From Candidatus Poribacteria bacterium (GTDB lineage Bacteria > Poribacteria > WGA-4E > PCPOR2b): a stretch of DNA of 64,000 bases. This document shows, in pieces, positions 1-10,979 of the stretch (position 1 is the stretch's first letter; each line of letters begins with the position of its first letter). A program made the translations under genes and the position numbers. The notes under the pieces were generated by a model. The model did not search any database and was not told the origin of the DNA. It saw only the letters and a list, made by a program, of their open reading frames with translations. Location: contig OZ242326.1 in the NCBI GenBank assembly GCA_965208325.1, positions 864,001 to 928,000 on the forward strand, in the 5' to 3' direction.

Positions 1-604
1 ACACGCAGAGCGCAAGAAACGGTGCATTGCGCGGCTGCACGATTGCCGTCATCAAGAAACTGACAGCCATGGCGCTTGCATACACAGGAATCCACTCGCG
101 CCAATCGAAAAATCCGTTTTGAGCATGGTCACAGAGCGACAGAACGAAATTGCCAAGAAATCCGACACACGCCATAACCAGCACCCATCTACCCCATTCT
201 AGTGACTCTTCGTGGACCGTATGGTGCATGATTAACAGCAAACCAATGCCGGCAAAAGAGAGCGGCGCAATGAACGGCGCAGTGTACACCAGACTCTGAA
301 TGGTGAAATCGACGAAGAACTGGCTATCAAGATGATACAGCATACCTCCCACGCCGACAAAAATGGACACCCAACCAACGCCAACGCCTGTTAGCCGGTT
401 CACCTGTGTGCTTCCCATGAAGCGTGCAACCAACAGCAGCGGTACGGCGGCAATCGAAACAATGAACGGTATCCATTCCGCTCTGTGTGCGAAGGCATTT
501 ATAGAGTGTGCGATGTAAACGTCGATAGCCAAAAAAGCTAGGTTAATGGCGATAAAACACTCCAATAACACTGGACACTTATCCAGCAGCCTACGGTTTT
601 GCAT
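1..604 (-). CDS. Polytopic membrane protein (runs off the window start), partner of the octaheme cytochrome
   Basis: Manual translation from ATG 604, overlapping the cytochrome stop: MQNRRLLDKCPVLLECFIAINLAFLAIDVYIAHSINAF..EWIP..DHAQNGFFDWREWIP; several hydrophobic helices, internal H..N.F...EWIP repeat, open to the window edge. Confidence 0.75.
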   Translation of the reverse strand, partial: MQNRRLLDKCPVLLECFIAINLAFLAIDVYIAHSINAFAHRAEWIPFIVSIAAVPLLLVARFMGSTQVNRLTGVGVGWVSIFVGVGGMLYHLDSQFFVDFTIQSLVYTAPFIAPLSFAGIGLLLIMHHTVHEESLEWGRWVLVMACVGFLGNFVLSLCDHAQNGFFDWREWIPVYASAMAVSFLMTAIVQPRNAPFLALCV

Positions 605-1826
605 GGCGTTCTCGGAGTTCCGCCGCAATGTGCTTCATCTCAGTGGCCTTCAGCAGCAGCTCATAATTCCCATGCCACTGCACGAAATCTGCGCCGCCCA
701 TAAATGCGCCGTGTTTGGCGGTCCGTCCATAATAATGCCACAGGTCGAAATAGATAAATTCTATCGGCTCATCGAAAGGATCGGGCGTAAGCAAACCCTC
801 CTGCCGAAGTTCAGTCATTAACGCTTTCGCTTCGGATATCTTCGCGTTCGTCGCTTCAACAACCCCTTCAGCTTCTTGATAAATTCTCTCCACATGCGTT
901 TGGGCGTGACATTTCAGGCAGGTCTCTTTCATCGCGCTCTGTGCCTGATGATAGGTTGGTCGCTGCTTTGACACCGGCGAGAATAACCAGTACGATAACC
1001 GCTCTGACGTGTCGTGCGTAACCTTCAAGCCTTCCAATCCGCTAAGGTGGCAGGTCGAACATGTGGGTACAGACATATCAGCGGTGGATAGATGTTTCGG
1101 ATCAGCGCCGAGATTCATCTCGCGTTTCTGTGCGTTGTAAAGTACGCCGTGTTTCGACTCATGGAAAATCTCGATTTGCGAGTGATCCGGACCCATGTGG
1201 CATTGTCCGCAGGTCTCGGGTTCCCGTGCGAGCGCGACTGATGTAGTGTGCCACGCGTGGCAATGCGTGCATGTACCGATTGATCCGTCCGAGTTCGGCT
1301 TGCCGATGTCGTGACAGCCTAAACATCCAACATCAATAGCGCTTTGCCCTTCTCTCTGCGCGAGTTGATTGGCAGCACGATTGACCGCCCCTTCATGGTA
1401 AGTTTCCGCAAATTCAATCTGTTCAACCGTGAAATCCTGCTTACCTCGGACGGCTGCCCAAGCCGGCGCGCCGTGGCGGCTCTTGATAAACTGCTGGTAC
1501 TCAGTCGTGTGGCACTGGCTACAGTTTTTCGCCGTAAGTTCCCCGGCGATGGTGAATCCGTTATGCGGCTGCTGTGCTTGCCCTTCTAGCGCTTGGTGAC
1601 AATCGAGGCAGGTCACGCCGCTATTCGCATGACGGCTTCTTTCAAATTGATGTACGACCGCTGAGGTCTCTCTTCGATGGCATGTTGCACACTTGCCAGT
1701 CGCTCGCACAAACTCGGCTTTCGGTTGCTCCGTCTCGTGAGCCGGGCGTCTTGCATTGAAAAACACCGCGCCCACAATGAAGGCAGCGCCCACAACCACA
1801 CTGATGAAAATTGCTCTGAACGTCAT
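591..1826 (-). CDS. Octaheme cytochrome c, hydroxylamine oxidoreductase (HAO)-like family
   Basis: Eight CxxCH motifs (CATCH, CLDCH, CSQCH, CLGCH, CTHCH, CGQCH, CSTCH, CLKCH), HAO-type CGQCHMGPDHSQIEIFHESKHG segment, N-terminal hydrophobic anchor. Confidence 0.85.
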   Translation of the reverse strand: MTFRAIFISVVVGAAFIVGAVFFNARRPAHETEQPKAEFVRATGKCATCHRRETSAVVHQFERSRHANSGVTCLDCHQALEGQAQQPHNGFTIAGELTAKNCSQCHTTEYQQFIKSRHGAPAWAAVRGKQDFTVEQIEFAETYHEGAVNRAANQLAQREGQSAIDVGCLGCHDIGKPNSDGSIGTCTHCHAWHTTSVALAREPETCGQCHMGPDHSQIEIFHESKHGVLYNAQKREMNLGADPKHLSTADMSVPTCSTCHLSGLEGLKVTHDTSERLSYWLFSPVSKQRPTYHQAQSAMKETCLKCHAQTHVERIYQEAEGVVEATNAKISEAKALMTELRQEGLLTPDPFDEPIEFIYFDLWHYYGRTAKHGAFMGGADFVQWHGNYELLLKATEMKHIAAELRERHAKP

Positions 1827-2064
1827 TTGTGCCCTCTGATTATTTTCTGCCTACGCCCCGGATTTCCCATATGTGAATGGTACATGTACATGCTATCGAA
1901 GCCGATATTGACCAACTCAACATCGGAATCTGAAGCAAACTGCGTTTCCACCTAGTGGAGTGATAAGGTGAGATTTAGAAACGACTTCATGGTGCTGCAA
2001 GTAATTTACGCAAATTATACGACAAGAAGTCACCCAAGATCAAGTTAGCTTCCACGAGTTTTGA

Positions 2065-2093
2065 TTGCGCAACGCATTTGATCGCATTATAAT
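2065..2093 (+). promoter_or_regulatory. Putative sigma70 promoter of the bdh gene run
   Basis: TTGCGC-17 nt-TATAAT upstream of ATG 2220. Confidence 0.45.
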
Positions 2094-2219
2094 ACCCTAT
2101 CTGTAATTTTCACTGAACGATAAATTCTATAAGTGCCTATCCGCCAAAAACACCGCCTACACTATACGAAAATCGCAGTTAATCCGTCAATCCCGTGAAT
2201 TACCAGTAAATAGGAGATT

Positions 2220-2999
2220 ATGGTTAGCGAAGAGGTTACAGGCGGCTCGCGTGTCGCCATCGTTACAGGGGCAGCTAGTGGAATTGGACGCGCTATTGCC
2301 GAAGCGTTCGCGCTTGGCGGCATCCAAGTAATCGTAGCCGATTTTAACAGAGAACAGGGACAGGCTGTCGCTGACGCGGCGGGCGGCGACTTGGTAGTTG
2401 TGGATCTCGCTTTAAAAGATGACTGCCGCCGTTTGGTGCACGAAACACTGGCACTCCATGGCAGAATTGACATTTTGGTCAATAACGCAGGGATGCAGCA
2501 TGTTGATCCTATTGAGATGTTTCCTGAGGAGATTTGGGATAGGATGCTGGCGGTGATGCTCACCGCTCCGTTTTTACTCACCAAATATGTTTGGCGAACG
2601 ATGACAGCGTCCGGTTGGGGGCGCATTGTGAATGTCGGTTCGATTCACAGCCGAGTCGCATCGCCCTTTAAGAGCGCCTACGTGACAGCCAAGCACGGTC
2701 TCATCGGTCTCACGCGCACTGCCGCACTGGAAGGCGGCGCGCACGGCATTACCGTCAACGCAATTTGCCCCGCCTATGTGGATTCCGCCCTTACGGAAGA
2801 CCAAATCGCCGATCAGGCACGTACGCGTGCACTCTCGCCCCAAGAAGTAATTGCGCAAGTTATGTTGGAACCTGCTGCAATCAAACGGCTCATTGCACCT
2901 GAAGAGGTGGCGTCGCTAGTCGCCTACTTGTGTTCGGACGCCGCTAACGCCGTCACTGGGGCGGACTGGACGATTGATTTAGGCTGGACGGCGCGCTAA
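2220..2999 (+). CDS. bdhA: 3-hydroxybutyrate dehydrogenase (SDR)
   Basis: [30 protein letters not shown] motifs; GGAG RBS. Confidence 0.85.
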   Translation: MVSEEVTGGSRVAIVTGAASGIGRAIAEAFALGGIQVIVADFNREQGQAVADAAGGDLVVVDLALKDDCRRLVHETLALHGRIDILVNNAGMQHVDPIEMFPEEIWDRMLAVMLTAPFLLTKYVWRTMTASGWGRIVNVGSIHSRVASPFKSAYVTAKHGLIGLTRTAALEGGAHGITVNAICPAYVDSALTEDQIADQARTRALSPQEVIAQVMLEPAAIKRLIAPEEVASLVAYLCSDAANAVTGADWTIDLGWTAR

Positions 3000-3116
3000 C
3001 CGAGAAAAACCGTAAACCTGATGAATGAACACAAGCTGAAGAAGCGGATTTAGAGCTTGGGTGTTCATCACTATGCACCATGCACAAACGCACTTTCCGC
3101 GCGTGGAGGACGTACT

Positions 3117-4247
3117 TTGCCTGAGGACATTTACGATGCGATTATCATCGGCGCCGGAGGTATGGGGAGTGCAACAGCATATCACCTTGCCAGCTCTGGC
3201 GCCAAAACGCTGGTATTGGAACAATTTTCCCGCGGACATGCACTCGGCAGTTCGCACGGAGATAGCCGGATTATTCGTCTTGCCTACGAGAAAACGATCT
3301 ATGTGAAGTTGATGAAATCTGCATACGCAGAATGGCGTAAGCTGGAGGCGGCGTCAGGGAAGAAACTGCTGTACGACACCGGTGGTATTACAATTGCTCC
3401 TAAAGAGCACGATTATATCATTGGTTTGCGTAACAGCTTAGAGGCGGCGGGCGTTGAATCGGAATGGTGGGACAGAAGGCAGGTTTCCCAGCGTTTCCCT
3501 CAATTTGAGATTGATGACAACGTGTGCGTGCTGTGGCAAGCAGATACCGGTTTCCTCTACGCCTCCGAGTGTGTTTCAACGCATTTGCAGCTGGCTGAAA
3601 GTCACGGCGCTGAGATTCGAGAAAACACCTGTGTCAGCAATATCGACTGGCAGCGCAGTGTTGCTCAGGTAATCGCTAATGGCGAATCCTTCAAAGGAAT
3701 AAACGTGATTGTAACCGCCGGACCTTGGACAACTTCCATTCTCAGCACACTTGAACTCCCCTTGACAGTAACCCGTCAGCAGGTCGTTTATTTCCGTCCC
3801 ACAGACGTAAACCTATTTCAACCGGGAAGATTCCCCGTCTTCATCGAAATATCACAAGGCGAGTTCATCTACGGGATACCAATCTTCAAATTTGGCGGCG
3901 TAAAGGCTGCCCGGCACGGGTTGGGGGAAACAGTATCACCGGACAAATGCGACCGCAACCCTAGCGCAGACTATATAGAGCATTTGCACGCTTATCTGAA
4001 GGCACGCATTCCCGATGCCGCCGGCGAGTTGCTTCACGCTCAAGTTTGCCTGTACACGGAGACTCCCGATGGCGACTTTATAATCGACACCCATCCTGAC
4101 TGTCCGCAACTCATCATTGCGGCGGGGTTTTCCGGTCATGGGTTTAAGTTCTGTAGTCTTGTGGGGCGCATTCTTGCGGAATTAACTTCTTCCGGTAAAA
4201 CGAACTTCGACGTTCGGCCATTCAGTGTGGCGCGATTCGCGCCGTGA
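3117..4247 (+). CDS. solA: Monomeric sarcosine oxidase / N-methyltryptophan oxidase family flavoenzyme
   Basis: IIIGAGGMG, GSSHGDSRIIR, CLYTETPD (FAD-linked Cys region), GFSGHGFKF; start moved to TTG 3117 after GGAGGA. Confidence 0.8.
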   Translation: MPEDIYDAIIIGAGGMGSATAYHLASSGAKTLVLEQFSRGHALGSSHGDSRIIRLAYEKTIYVKLMKSAYAEWRKLEAASGKKLLYDTGGITIAPKEHDYIIGLRNSLEAAGVESEWWDRRQVSQRFPQFEIDDNVCVLWQADTGFLYASECVSTHLQLAESHGAEIRENTCVSNIDWQRSVAQVIANGESFKGINVIVTAGPWTTSILSTLELPLTVTRQQVVYFRPTDVNLFQPGRFPVFIEISQGEFIYGIPIFKFGGVKAARHGLGETVSPDKCDRNPSADYIEHLHAYLKARIPDAAGELLHAQVCLYTETPDGDFIIDTHPDCPQLIIAAGFSGHGFKFCSLVGRILAELTSSGKTNFDVRPFSVARFAP

Positions 4248-4344
4248 GGGCAAACACCAAAATAGACTCAGTGAAACTTCTCAGAGCATACGTCCGCTCC
4301 TAAATTAATCTCGTCAGAGTTGGGTGCCAACCACATCAGAACCC

Positions 4345-4914
4345 ATGAACACGCAATCACATGTGATTATCAATGCCGCACTGCTGAGTCGGAAGGATAA
4401 GCCGCATCTGCAGCGCTACTTGCTTTTGGGTGCATTGATACCAGACCTGCCGATGTTTGTCTTTTTCGTTGTCGAAGCGTTCATGTTTGGACATCCTCAA
4501 CAACAGATTTGGTCAGAACGCTATTTTCTCCCGCAATGGCAAAACTTCATTGACATTTTCAACGCCGTGCCGCTCATACTGATTGTTCTCGGAATTGGTT
4601 ACCGCCTCAAGTCCGAGGCGGTTAAATTCTGCTGCTTGAGCATGCTGTTACACTGCGCCGCGGATTTTTTCCTGCATCACGACGACGCCCATCGGCATTT
4701 TTTCCCATTACTACAATTCAGATTCAGCAGCCCAATCTCATACTGGGATGCAGCCCGTTACGGGCGCATTGTTTCGCTCATTGAAATCGTGATAACAATC
4801 TTGGCTTCCATCTACCTTTTTCCTCGACTAAATTCCCGCATCGCGCGAGGCGTTTTAATTGCCGTGAATTGCCTCTCCGTGCTCCTCTACATCGGCTTTG
4901 CAACACTGAATTAA
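4345..4914 (+). CDS. Membrane protein, metal-dependent hydrolase-like
   Basis: MNTQSH, GALIPD, HxxxDxxxHHDDAH motifs, hydrophobic segments. Confidence 0.6.
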   Translation: MNTQSHVIINAALLSRKDKPHLQRYLLLGALIPDLPMFVFFVVEAFMFGHPQQQIWSERYFLPQWQNFIDIFNAVPLILIVLGIGYRLKSEAVKFCCLSMLLHCAADFFLHHDDAHRHFFPLLQFRFSSPISYWDAARYGRIVSLIEIVITILASIYLFPRLNSRIARGVLIAVNCLSVLLYIGFATLN

Positions 4915-4950
4915 CCGACCGCTTATACCCTTGATGCAGTGAGCCGCTGG

Positions 4951-5832
4951 TTACACATGCAGTCGATCAATCAAGGCACGCAGGTTTCGCATGCAGTGCC
5001 GCGACGCTTCTTCTCCACCTTGGGAAAACGCGGTGCCACCCGGGCGATTAAGCTGGTCGTCGTCGATTCTCAGACTTGGGCGCCAATGCGTTTCCAAACA
5101 GAGGTGTCCACGATACCCATCATCAACAAAAGCCTGAAGTTGCCCGAGCCAATCAATCGTACCTTCACCGACAGCGACGCATTCGATTTTACCGGTCACA
5201 GGGTTTTTTAGCGCGTCCTTCAAGTGAGCATGAACCATTAGTGTTTTGAGGCGGTGATAGGCGTTAGGGTAAGGTATTTCTCCATCCTTATCCGCATGGG
5301 CTTCATTTGCTGGGTCCCAGATGGCGCGGACGTTTGGCGATTTGATTTCGCGCACAAATCGTTCCGTCAGTTTGGCAGTCGCGAGCGAAGTAGAATGTTC
5401 GTTTTCCATACCCAAGATTACCCCTTCATGCTCAGCAATCCGCACCGGTTCAAAATAGGCGGCGACAATTTCAGGCCAACGCTCCTCCGTGTTATCCGTC
5501 TTCCAGAATGCGAAGGTGCGAACCAGATTGGTGTCAAGCGCCTTCGCTAGATTGATACACCGCTTCAGTATATTCAGATGCTCCCTGCGTTCATTTTTAT
5601 TGTCAATGTCACATTTCAAGAACGGCGAAGCGATTCCGGCAATCTTGAGGTTTGTCCCTTTCAAAATCCGTTTCATTTCACCGATGTCGGTCTCGGACAA
5701 ATCCTGCGGCGGCTTTCCCCACACGGTCCTAATCTCAATGGAATCGAGTTTGAACGACGTTGCAAAATCTACAACCGTTTGAAAGTCCTGTGACACCTCG
5801 TCACTGACAACACCAATTTTGAACATCTGCAT
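4951..5832 (-). CDS. Sugar phosphate isomerase/epimerase (AP endonuclease 2 TIM barrel)
   Basis: GMENEH, WDPAN, HLKD, LETH metal-ligand motifs. Confidence 0.85.
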   Translation of the reverse strand: MQMFKIGVVSDEVSQDFQTVVDFATSFKLDSIEIRTVWGKPPQDLSETDIGEMKRILKGTNLKIAGIASPFLKCDIDNKNERREHLNILKRCINLAKALDTNLVRTFAFWKTDNTEERWPEIVAAYFEPVRIAEHEGVILGMENEHSTSLATAKLTERFVREIKSPNVRAIWDPANEAHADKDGEIPYPNAYHRLKTLMVHAHLKDALKNPVTGKIECVAVGEGTIDWLGQLQAFVDDGYRGHLCLETHWRPSLRIDDDQLNRPGGTAFSQGGEEASRHCMRNLRALIDRLHV

Positions 5833-5848
5833 CTACTCCAAGCGTAAG

Positions 5849-7474
5849 TTAACGCCAAGGGTCGCCCGTATAACGATGGCGGAGCGACTTCTTGTCAAGT
5901 TTGCCCACACTGGTCTTCGGAATTTCATCTACGAATGAAATTTTGTCGGGCAACCAAAATTTTGGGAACTTTGAATCGAGGTGCAAAACTAGTTCTTCTT
6001 CCGTTACGGCGCCTGCGTCCGAATCCAAAACAACAACTGCAAGCGGCCGCTCAATCCACCGTTCATCGGGTATTGCAATGACTGCGGCTTCCCTTACCTT
6101 GGGGTGATCCAAAAGTGCGTTTTCGATTTCGAGGCTTGAAATCCATTCACCGCCGCTTTTTACTAGGTCTTTCGCACGGTCGACTATCTGCATGCACCCA
6201 TCGGTGCTAATCACCGCCACGTCGCCGGTACGAAACCATCCATCCGTAGTGAAGTGCTCTGGACTGGGCTTAACCTTGTAATAGCTATTGGCAACCCACG
6301 GCCCGCGGACTTGCAGTTCGCCCATCGCAACACCGTCCCAAGGTAATAATTCGCCTGTTTCATCCACAATGCGCATCTCGACACCCGCAAGGGGGTAACC
6401 CTGCTTTGCTTTGATATCCCATTGGGCGTGTTCTAAGATTGCGCTATGATGGCTCTGCAGATTCAACAGCGTTCCAACCGGTGATGTCTCTGTCATACCC
6501 CATCCTTGCATCACATTGACATGCAACTCTGTCTCGTAGGCTTGAATAAGAGGACGGGGCATAGCGGCGCCTCCTACCGCCAATGTGCGGATATGTGATG
6601 TATCCCTTGGTTTTGTCTTTAGCTCTTCATACAAACCTGACCAGAGCGTCGGCACCCCTGCGGGTACCGTAACCTTTTGGTCCGCGATCATTTGTGCCAG
6701 ATCGGAAGGTTTTAGATATTGTCCAGGCAAAACCATATCCGCTCCGGCAAATGCGCAGGCGTATGGCAACCCCCACGCCATAGCATGGTACATCGGTACA
6801 GCCGGCATGACCACGTCTTGTTCGCTTAAGGCGAATGCGTTTGCGTGGCTAATTCCCATCGTGTGCAGATACACGGATCGGTGGCTGTAAAGCACACCCT
6901 TTGGATTTCCCGTGGTGCCGCTCGTGTAACACAAGCCCATTGCCGCTTTTTCGTCCATGCCGCTCCATTCATAATCCTCGAACGCTTGCGCCATCAAATC
7001 TTCGTAAAAACTGACGTTAGGCAGTTTCGTTTGCACCCCGGAATCGACGTTGAACAAGACATAGTGCTCCACGCAGCCAATCTGATCGGCGGCCTGCTCG
7101 AATACCGGCAACACGGCCGCGTCAATAAACACAGCCTTATCCTCCGCATGATTTACGACATAAGCGAGTAGTTCAGGAGATAGGCGGATGTTCAACGTGT
7201 GACACACTGCGGCGGTGCACGGCACTGCGAAATACAATTCGAGGTGTTGAAAACTGTTCCATGCAAAGGTGCCCACCCGGTCGCCCGATTCGATGCCTAG
7301 AGCGCCCAACACGTTTGCCAGCCGTTTAACGCGATGATAAAGATCGGCGTATGAATACCGGTGCATAGTGCCGCCGGGAAGCTTTGTGGTAACCTGCTTG
7401 TGTGGATGCATGCGGTAAGCGTGTTCCAAAATACGGTCTATTGTGAGTTGGTAATCCATCATTAGACCTTCCAT
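5849..7474 (-). CDS. Medium/long-chain fatty-acid--CoA ligase
   Basis: [51 protein letters not shown]. Confidence 0.9.
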   Translation of the reverse strand: MEGLMMDYQLTIDRILEHAYRMHPHKQVTTKLPGGTMHRYSYADLYHRVKRLANVLGALGIESGDRVGTFAWNSFQHLELYFAVPCTAAVCHTLNIRLSPELLAYVVNHAEDKAVFIDAAVLPVFEQAADQIGCVEHYVLFNVDSGVQTKLPNVSFYEDLMAQAFEDYEWSGMDEKAAMGLCYTSGTTGNPKGVLYSHRSVYLHTMGISHANAFALSEQDVVMPAVPMYHAMAWGLPYACAFAGADMVLPGQYLKPSDLAQMIADQKVTVPAGVPTLWSGLYEELKTKPRDTSHIRTLAVGGAAMPRPLIQAYETELHVNVMQGWGMTETSPVGTLLNLQSHHSAILEHAQWDIKAKQGYPLAGVEMRIVDETGELLPWDGVAMGELQVRGPWVANSYYKVKPSPEHFTTDGWFRTGDVAVISTDGCMQIVDRAKDLVKSGGEWISSLEIENALLDHPKVREAAVIAIPDERWIERPLAVVVLDSDAGAVTEEELVLHLDSKFPKFWLPDKISFVDEIPKTSVGKLDKKSLRHRYTGDPWR

Positions 7475-7592
7475 TGATATTGCTCCTCAAACGAGTTAAC
7501 CTGGTTAGCCGTAATTCAACAATCAATCCTCGGATTCACCGTTCCGTGCACAGCGCCTTGAACGTGACACCCCGTCTTCATCGTAATGGACG

Positions 7593-10500
7593 CTAAGACA
7601 GTTCATTCAGCAGAGCCTTTGCCAGCTTGAGATCTGCAGTATCAAATCCCTCCGTGAACCAGCCGTAAACCTGACTAAGCATGGTTCGAGCTTCCTCTTG
7701 TCTACCTTGCGTCTGCCACAGGCGGCTCAAACTTACTGCTGCCCGCAACTCTAAAGATTTTGCATTCTGCCGCCGCGCGATTTCGAAAGCTCGGCGCAAA
7801 CACACCTCGGCATCTGATACGGCATCGCCTTCCAATAACAACAGTTCTCCTTTGATTCGATACAATTCGGCTTCAAATAAACGTTCGTCACTATCGGAAA
7901 CTGCCGCTAACGCATCATTCAGTACGTAATGTCCTTCCTTCGGCTTTCCCGCTTTCAAAAACGATTCTGCCAACAGGGCTTGAAAATATGGGCGCAATAT
8001 TTCCGCGCCGGTTGCACGCCAGTCCGCCAGCCCCTGTTGCATTTGTGCAATTCCCGCGGTTTCCATGCCCTGCTCGGATTGCGCCCAACCCTCACCAAAG
8101 GTTCCTGCAGATGCCCAGAGCGTAAATCCTTGTTCAGTTGAAATCTTTTTCACCGCTTCCGCCTGCGCTTCGGCAGTTTCCACTTCGCGCCGGCACTGAT
8201 GAACCATTCCAGCGAAATACAACGCAACCGCCATGCTGAATGGGTGGTCTATCGATTTAGCAAGGCCTAACACCTCATGAATCCTTTTCATGGCTTGGTC
8301 CGGGTAGCCAAGAACCCACAGTACGGCACCTGAATAGGATAGACATGTGAGACGGGCGTCCGCCAAATAATGGAAGAAAGTGCGGGAACGGTGTTCCTGC
8401 GAGTCATAAAGTTTAATGCCGTGCTCTAAGTGTTCTTCAGAAGCAACTAAGTCTCCAAGATAACACAAAGTTGCCCCTAACGCCCGATATGCTTCCAAAA
8501 GCAAAGCACGGTCTTCTGTCTGCTCAGCCAGTTTGAGCAGTTGCTCTCCCAGCTCGCGCGCCGCCTGTAACTCCGCCCTTACTAAATGCGCTAACCACAG
8601 CCCGAACAGCACGGGGAATAGTTGAGGACTTTCGCCCAACTCCTGGCAGAGTTCGCGTGCGCGAGTGTAGGCGTCTACTACTTCTGAAGCTGCATATCCT
8701 CTAGTGGCTATTAACGCCGGACCAAGGGTGGTTTGCAATTTGAGTTCATGCTGGGATTTTGCGGGACTATCCGGAAGGGCATTTAACAACTCTAATCCTC
8801 TGGATACGTGACGAATTGCTTCTACGTTGGCTGACCGTTCAATGGCTCGCTGGCCTGCCCGCTGCCAATAGACTAACGCGTCATTGTCGAGGCTTGCTTC
8901 AGCGTAATGGTGGGCTAATACGCCAGGCTGAGTTTCGGCAACCTCCGGAAATTTCTCCGCCAGAACCTGTGCAATTTGCCGATGGTACTGCCCCCTTGCA
9001 CTTTTGAGCAGTGAGTGATAAGCAGCCTCTCGAATAAGGGGGTGCTTGAAAAAATAAAATCCCGATTGGTTGTGTTGCTGGTAACCGAGAAGCCCAGCGT
9101 CAACTAACCGAGATAATTCTTTGTGCAGCGTCTTATCGTCAAGCGGCGAGACCGCGCCGAGTACCTCATCGGAAAACTGGCTTCCCATAACAGCGCCTAG
9201 TTGTGCTAACTCTTTGGCTGTGCCGAGCTGATCTAACCGGGCGGTCAGCGAATCTTGCAGTGTCGTAGGAATTGCCAGCGACAAAAGCGGCTGCGTTAAT
9301 TCATAACCCCCGTCGCGTTCCTGGAGGAGACCCGATTCTAAAACCATCTTGGTCAATTCTTCCACAAACAGAGGCACGCCATCCGTCTTCGAAACAATCT
9401 GTTTCATCACTTCGGACGGCAGCAATTTGCTCTTTGTGACGTGTTCAACCATAATTGCTACCTGTTTCCGAGTTAAGCGGTTTAGCGTAATTGGTGTAAC
9501 ATACGGGCATGAAAGCCACGGCGGGCTAAAATCCGGGCGAAACGTCAGTAAGGTAAGCAGATTGGGAGTCGAACCTCGATCGACAATGAGGTCGAGCAGT
9601 TCTAGCGTGGATGGATCAGCCCAGTGCAGGTCCTCTACAACGAGCAAAACAGGCTGCCGATTTGCCCGTCCTAGAAAAATCTCAAGCAGGGCTTCAAGTG
9701 TTTTTTGCCGCTGTTGCTGGGGGGTAAGAAATTGAGGCGGGTACCGGCCATCATCATACGGTATAGAAAGGAAGGAAGCAAATAGAGGTAAGTTTTCTTC
9801 AACGGAGAGTTTTGAAAATGCAAGGAAATCTGTTAATTTTGACAACTTTTTCTGCGGCGAATCCCCGCGTTCAAACCCCAACACCGCGCGCTGGAACATG
9901 TCAATAATTGGGTAAAGGGCGCTGTTCTGATGGTATGGCGAACAGCGGCACTCAATTATCGGTGAATTCTCCCACCATGCATCCGATATGTCGTTTGGAC
10001 GTTTCTCAGAGGATGTTCTACTTTTAACGTGCTCTTTCAGCATCTGCACCATGCGCGATTTGCCTATTCCGGGTTCGCCGTTAAGCAGCACGACCTGTCC
10101 CGCGCCTTCTACACTTTGCTCCCAACGCTCCAGCAATAAGCCTACGACCTGCTCACGGCCTACCAGCGGCGTAAGTCCAGTAGTCGCCGCCACATCAATG
10201 CGATTGCGAGCTTCACTCGCAATAACTTGATACACGCGAATCGGGTAGGATATCCCTTTGAGCGTTCGAGCACCCAACGCTTGACATTCGAAGAATCCCG
10301 CAATGAGTCTATAAGTTGCTGCGCTAACCAACACGGTATTCGGCTCGGCAAGTTCCTGTAAACGGCCGGCGATGTTTGGGGTTTCACCTACGATTGCCAT
10401 CAATTCCAACTCGCCGCCTTTGCCCATGTCTCCCGCTACTACCAACCCTGTGTGAATTCCAATGCGAACTTCCAACCGTAGTTCATTTTCCTGTTGAAGG

Positions 10501-10928
10501 CGTGCATTCAAATTCTCCATTCCCTCAATGATCGCCAATCCCGCACGAACCGCACGCTGGGCGTTGTCCTCGTGGGCATGGGGGTAACCGAAGTAGACTA
10601 GCAGCCCGTCACCGAAATATCGGGCGATATGCCCCTCAAAGCGCCTGATGGCTTTAGCACAAACCGCTTGGTAGTCGCCGAGGACATCGCGTAACTCTTC
10701 AGGGTCGAGTCTTTCGGAGAGTGAGGTTGAGCCAGCCAGATCGCAAAACATCACTGTCAACTGGCGGCGGTCCGCTTCAGGAATTTCACGAGGGTTAGAG
10801 GCGGGTTTGGCGGACGTTTCGGCAGGCGGCGCAGGTGCCGCGCGAGAATTGAGTTTCGCGCCGCAATTCATGCAGAATTGGGCTTCTTCCGGATTGGTAT
10901 GTTCACAAATACGACAACGCATTTGCAC
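7593..10928 (-). CDS. Zn-ribbon + class III nucleotide cyclase + AAA/STAND-like ATPase + TPR protein
   Basis: CRIC..CMNC; TVMFCDLAGST, YFGDG, IGIHTG, GETPNIAGRLQ; Walker A GEPGIGKS, Walker B VVEDLHW; helical C-terminus ending FTEGFDTADL. Confidence 0.88.
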   Translation of the reverse strand: MQMRCRICEHTNPEEAQFCMNCGAKLNSRAAPAPPAETSAKPASNPREIPEADRRQLTVMFCDLAGSTSLSERLDPEELRDVLGDYQAVCAKAIRRFEGHIARYFGDGLLVYFGYPHAHEDNAQRAVRAGLAIIEGMENLNARLQQENELRLEVRIGIHTGLVVAGDMGKGGELELMAIVGETPNIAGRLQELAEPNTVLVSAATYRLIAGFFECQALGARTLKGISYPIRVYQVIASEARNRIDVAATTGLTPLVGREQVVGLLLERWEQSVEGAGQVVLLNGEPGIGKSRMVQMLKEHVKSRTSSEKRPNDISDAWWENSPIIECRCSPYHQNSALYPIIDMFQRAVLGFERGDSPQKKLSKLTDFLAFSKLSVEENLPLFASFLSIPYDDGRYPPQFLTPQQQRQKTLEALLEIFLGRANRQPVLLVVEDLHWADPSTLELLDLIVDRGSTPNLLTLLTFRPDFSPPWLSCPYVTPITLNRLTRKQVAIMVEHVTKSKLLPSEVMKQIVSKTDGVPLFVEELTKMVLESGLLQERDGGYELTQPLLSLAIPTTLQDSLTARLDQLGTAKELAQLGAVMGSQFSDEVLGAVSPLDDKTLHKELSRLVDAGLLGYQQHNQSGFYFFKHPLIREAAYHSLLKSARGQYHRQIAQVLAEKFPEVAETQPGVLAHHYAEASLDNDALVYWQRAGQRAIERSANVEAIRHVSRGLELLNALPDSPAKSQHELKLQTTLGPALIATRGYAASEVVDAYTRARELCQELGESPQLFPVLFGLWLAHLVRAELQAARELGEQLLKLAEQTEDRALLLEAYRALGATLCYLGDLVASEEHLEHGIKLYDSQEHRSRTFFHYLADARLTCLSYSGAVLWVLGYPDQAMKRIHEVLGLAKSIDHPFSMAVALYFAGMVHQCRREVETAEAQAEAVKKISTEQGFTLWASAGTFGEGWAQSEQGMETAGIAQMQQGLADWRATGAEILRPYFQALLAESFLKAGKPKEGHYVLNDALAAVSDSDERLFEAELYRIKGELLLLEGDAVSDAEVCLRRAFEIARRQNAKSLELRAAVSLSRLWQTQGRQEEARTMLSQVYGWFTEGFDTADLKLAKALLNELS

Positions 10929-10979
10929 AACTCCAAATTGGGCATGATGCTCAACTCTAATACAAAATGAATTGTGCGT

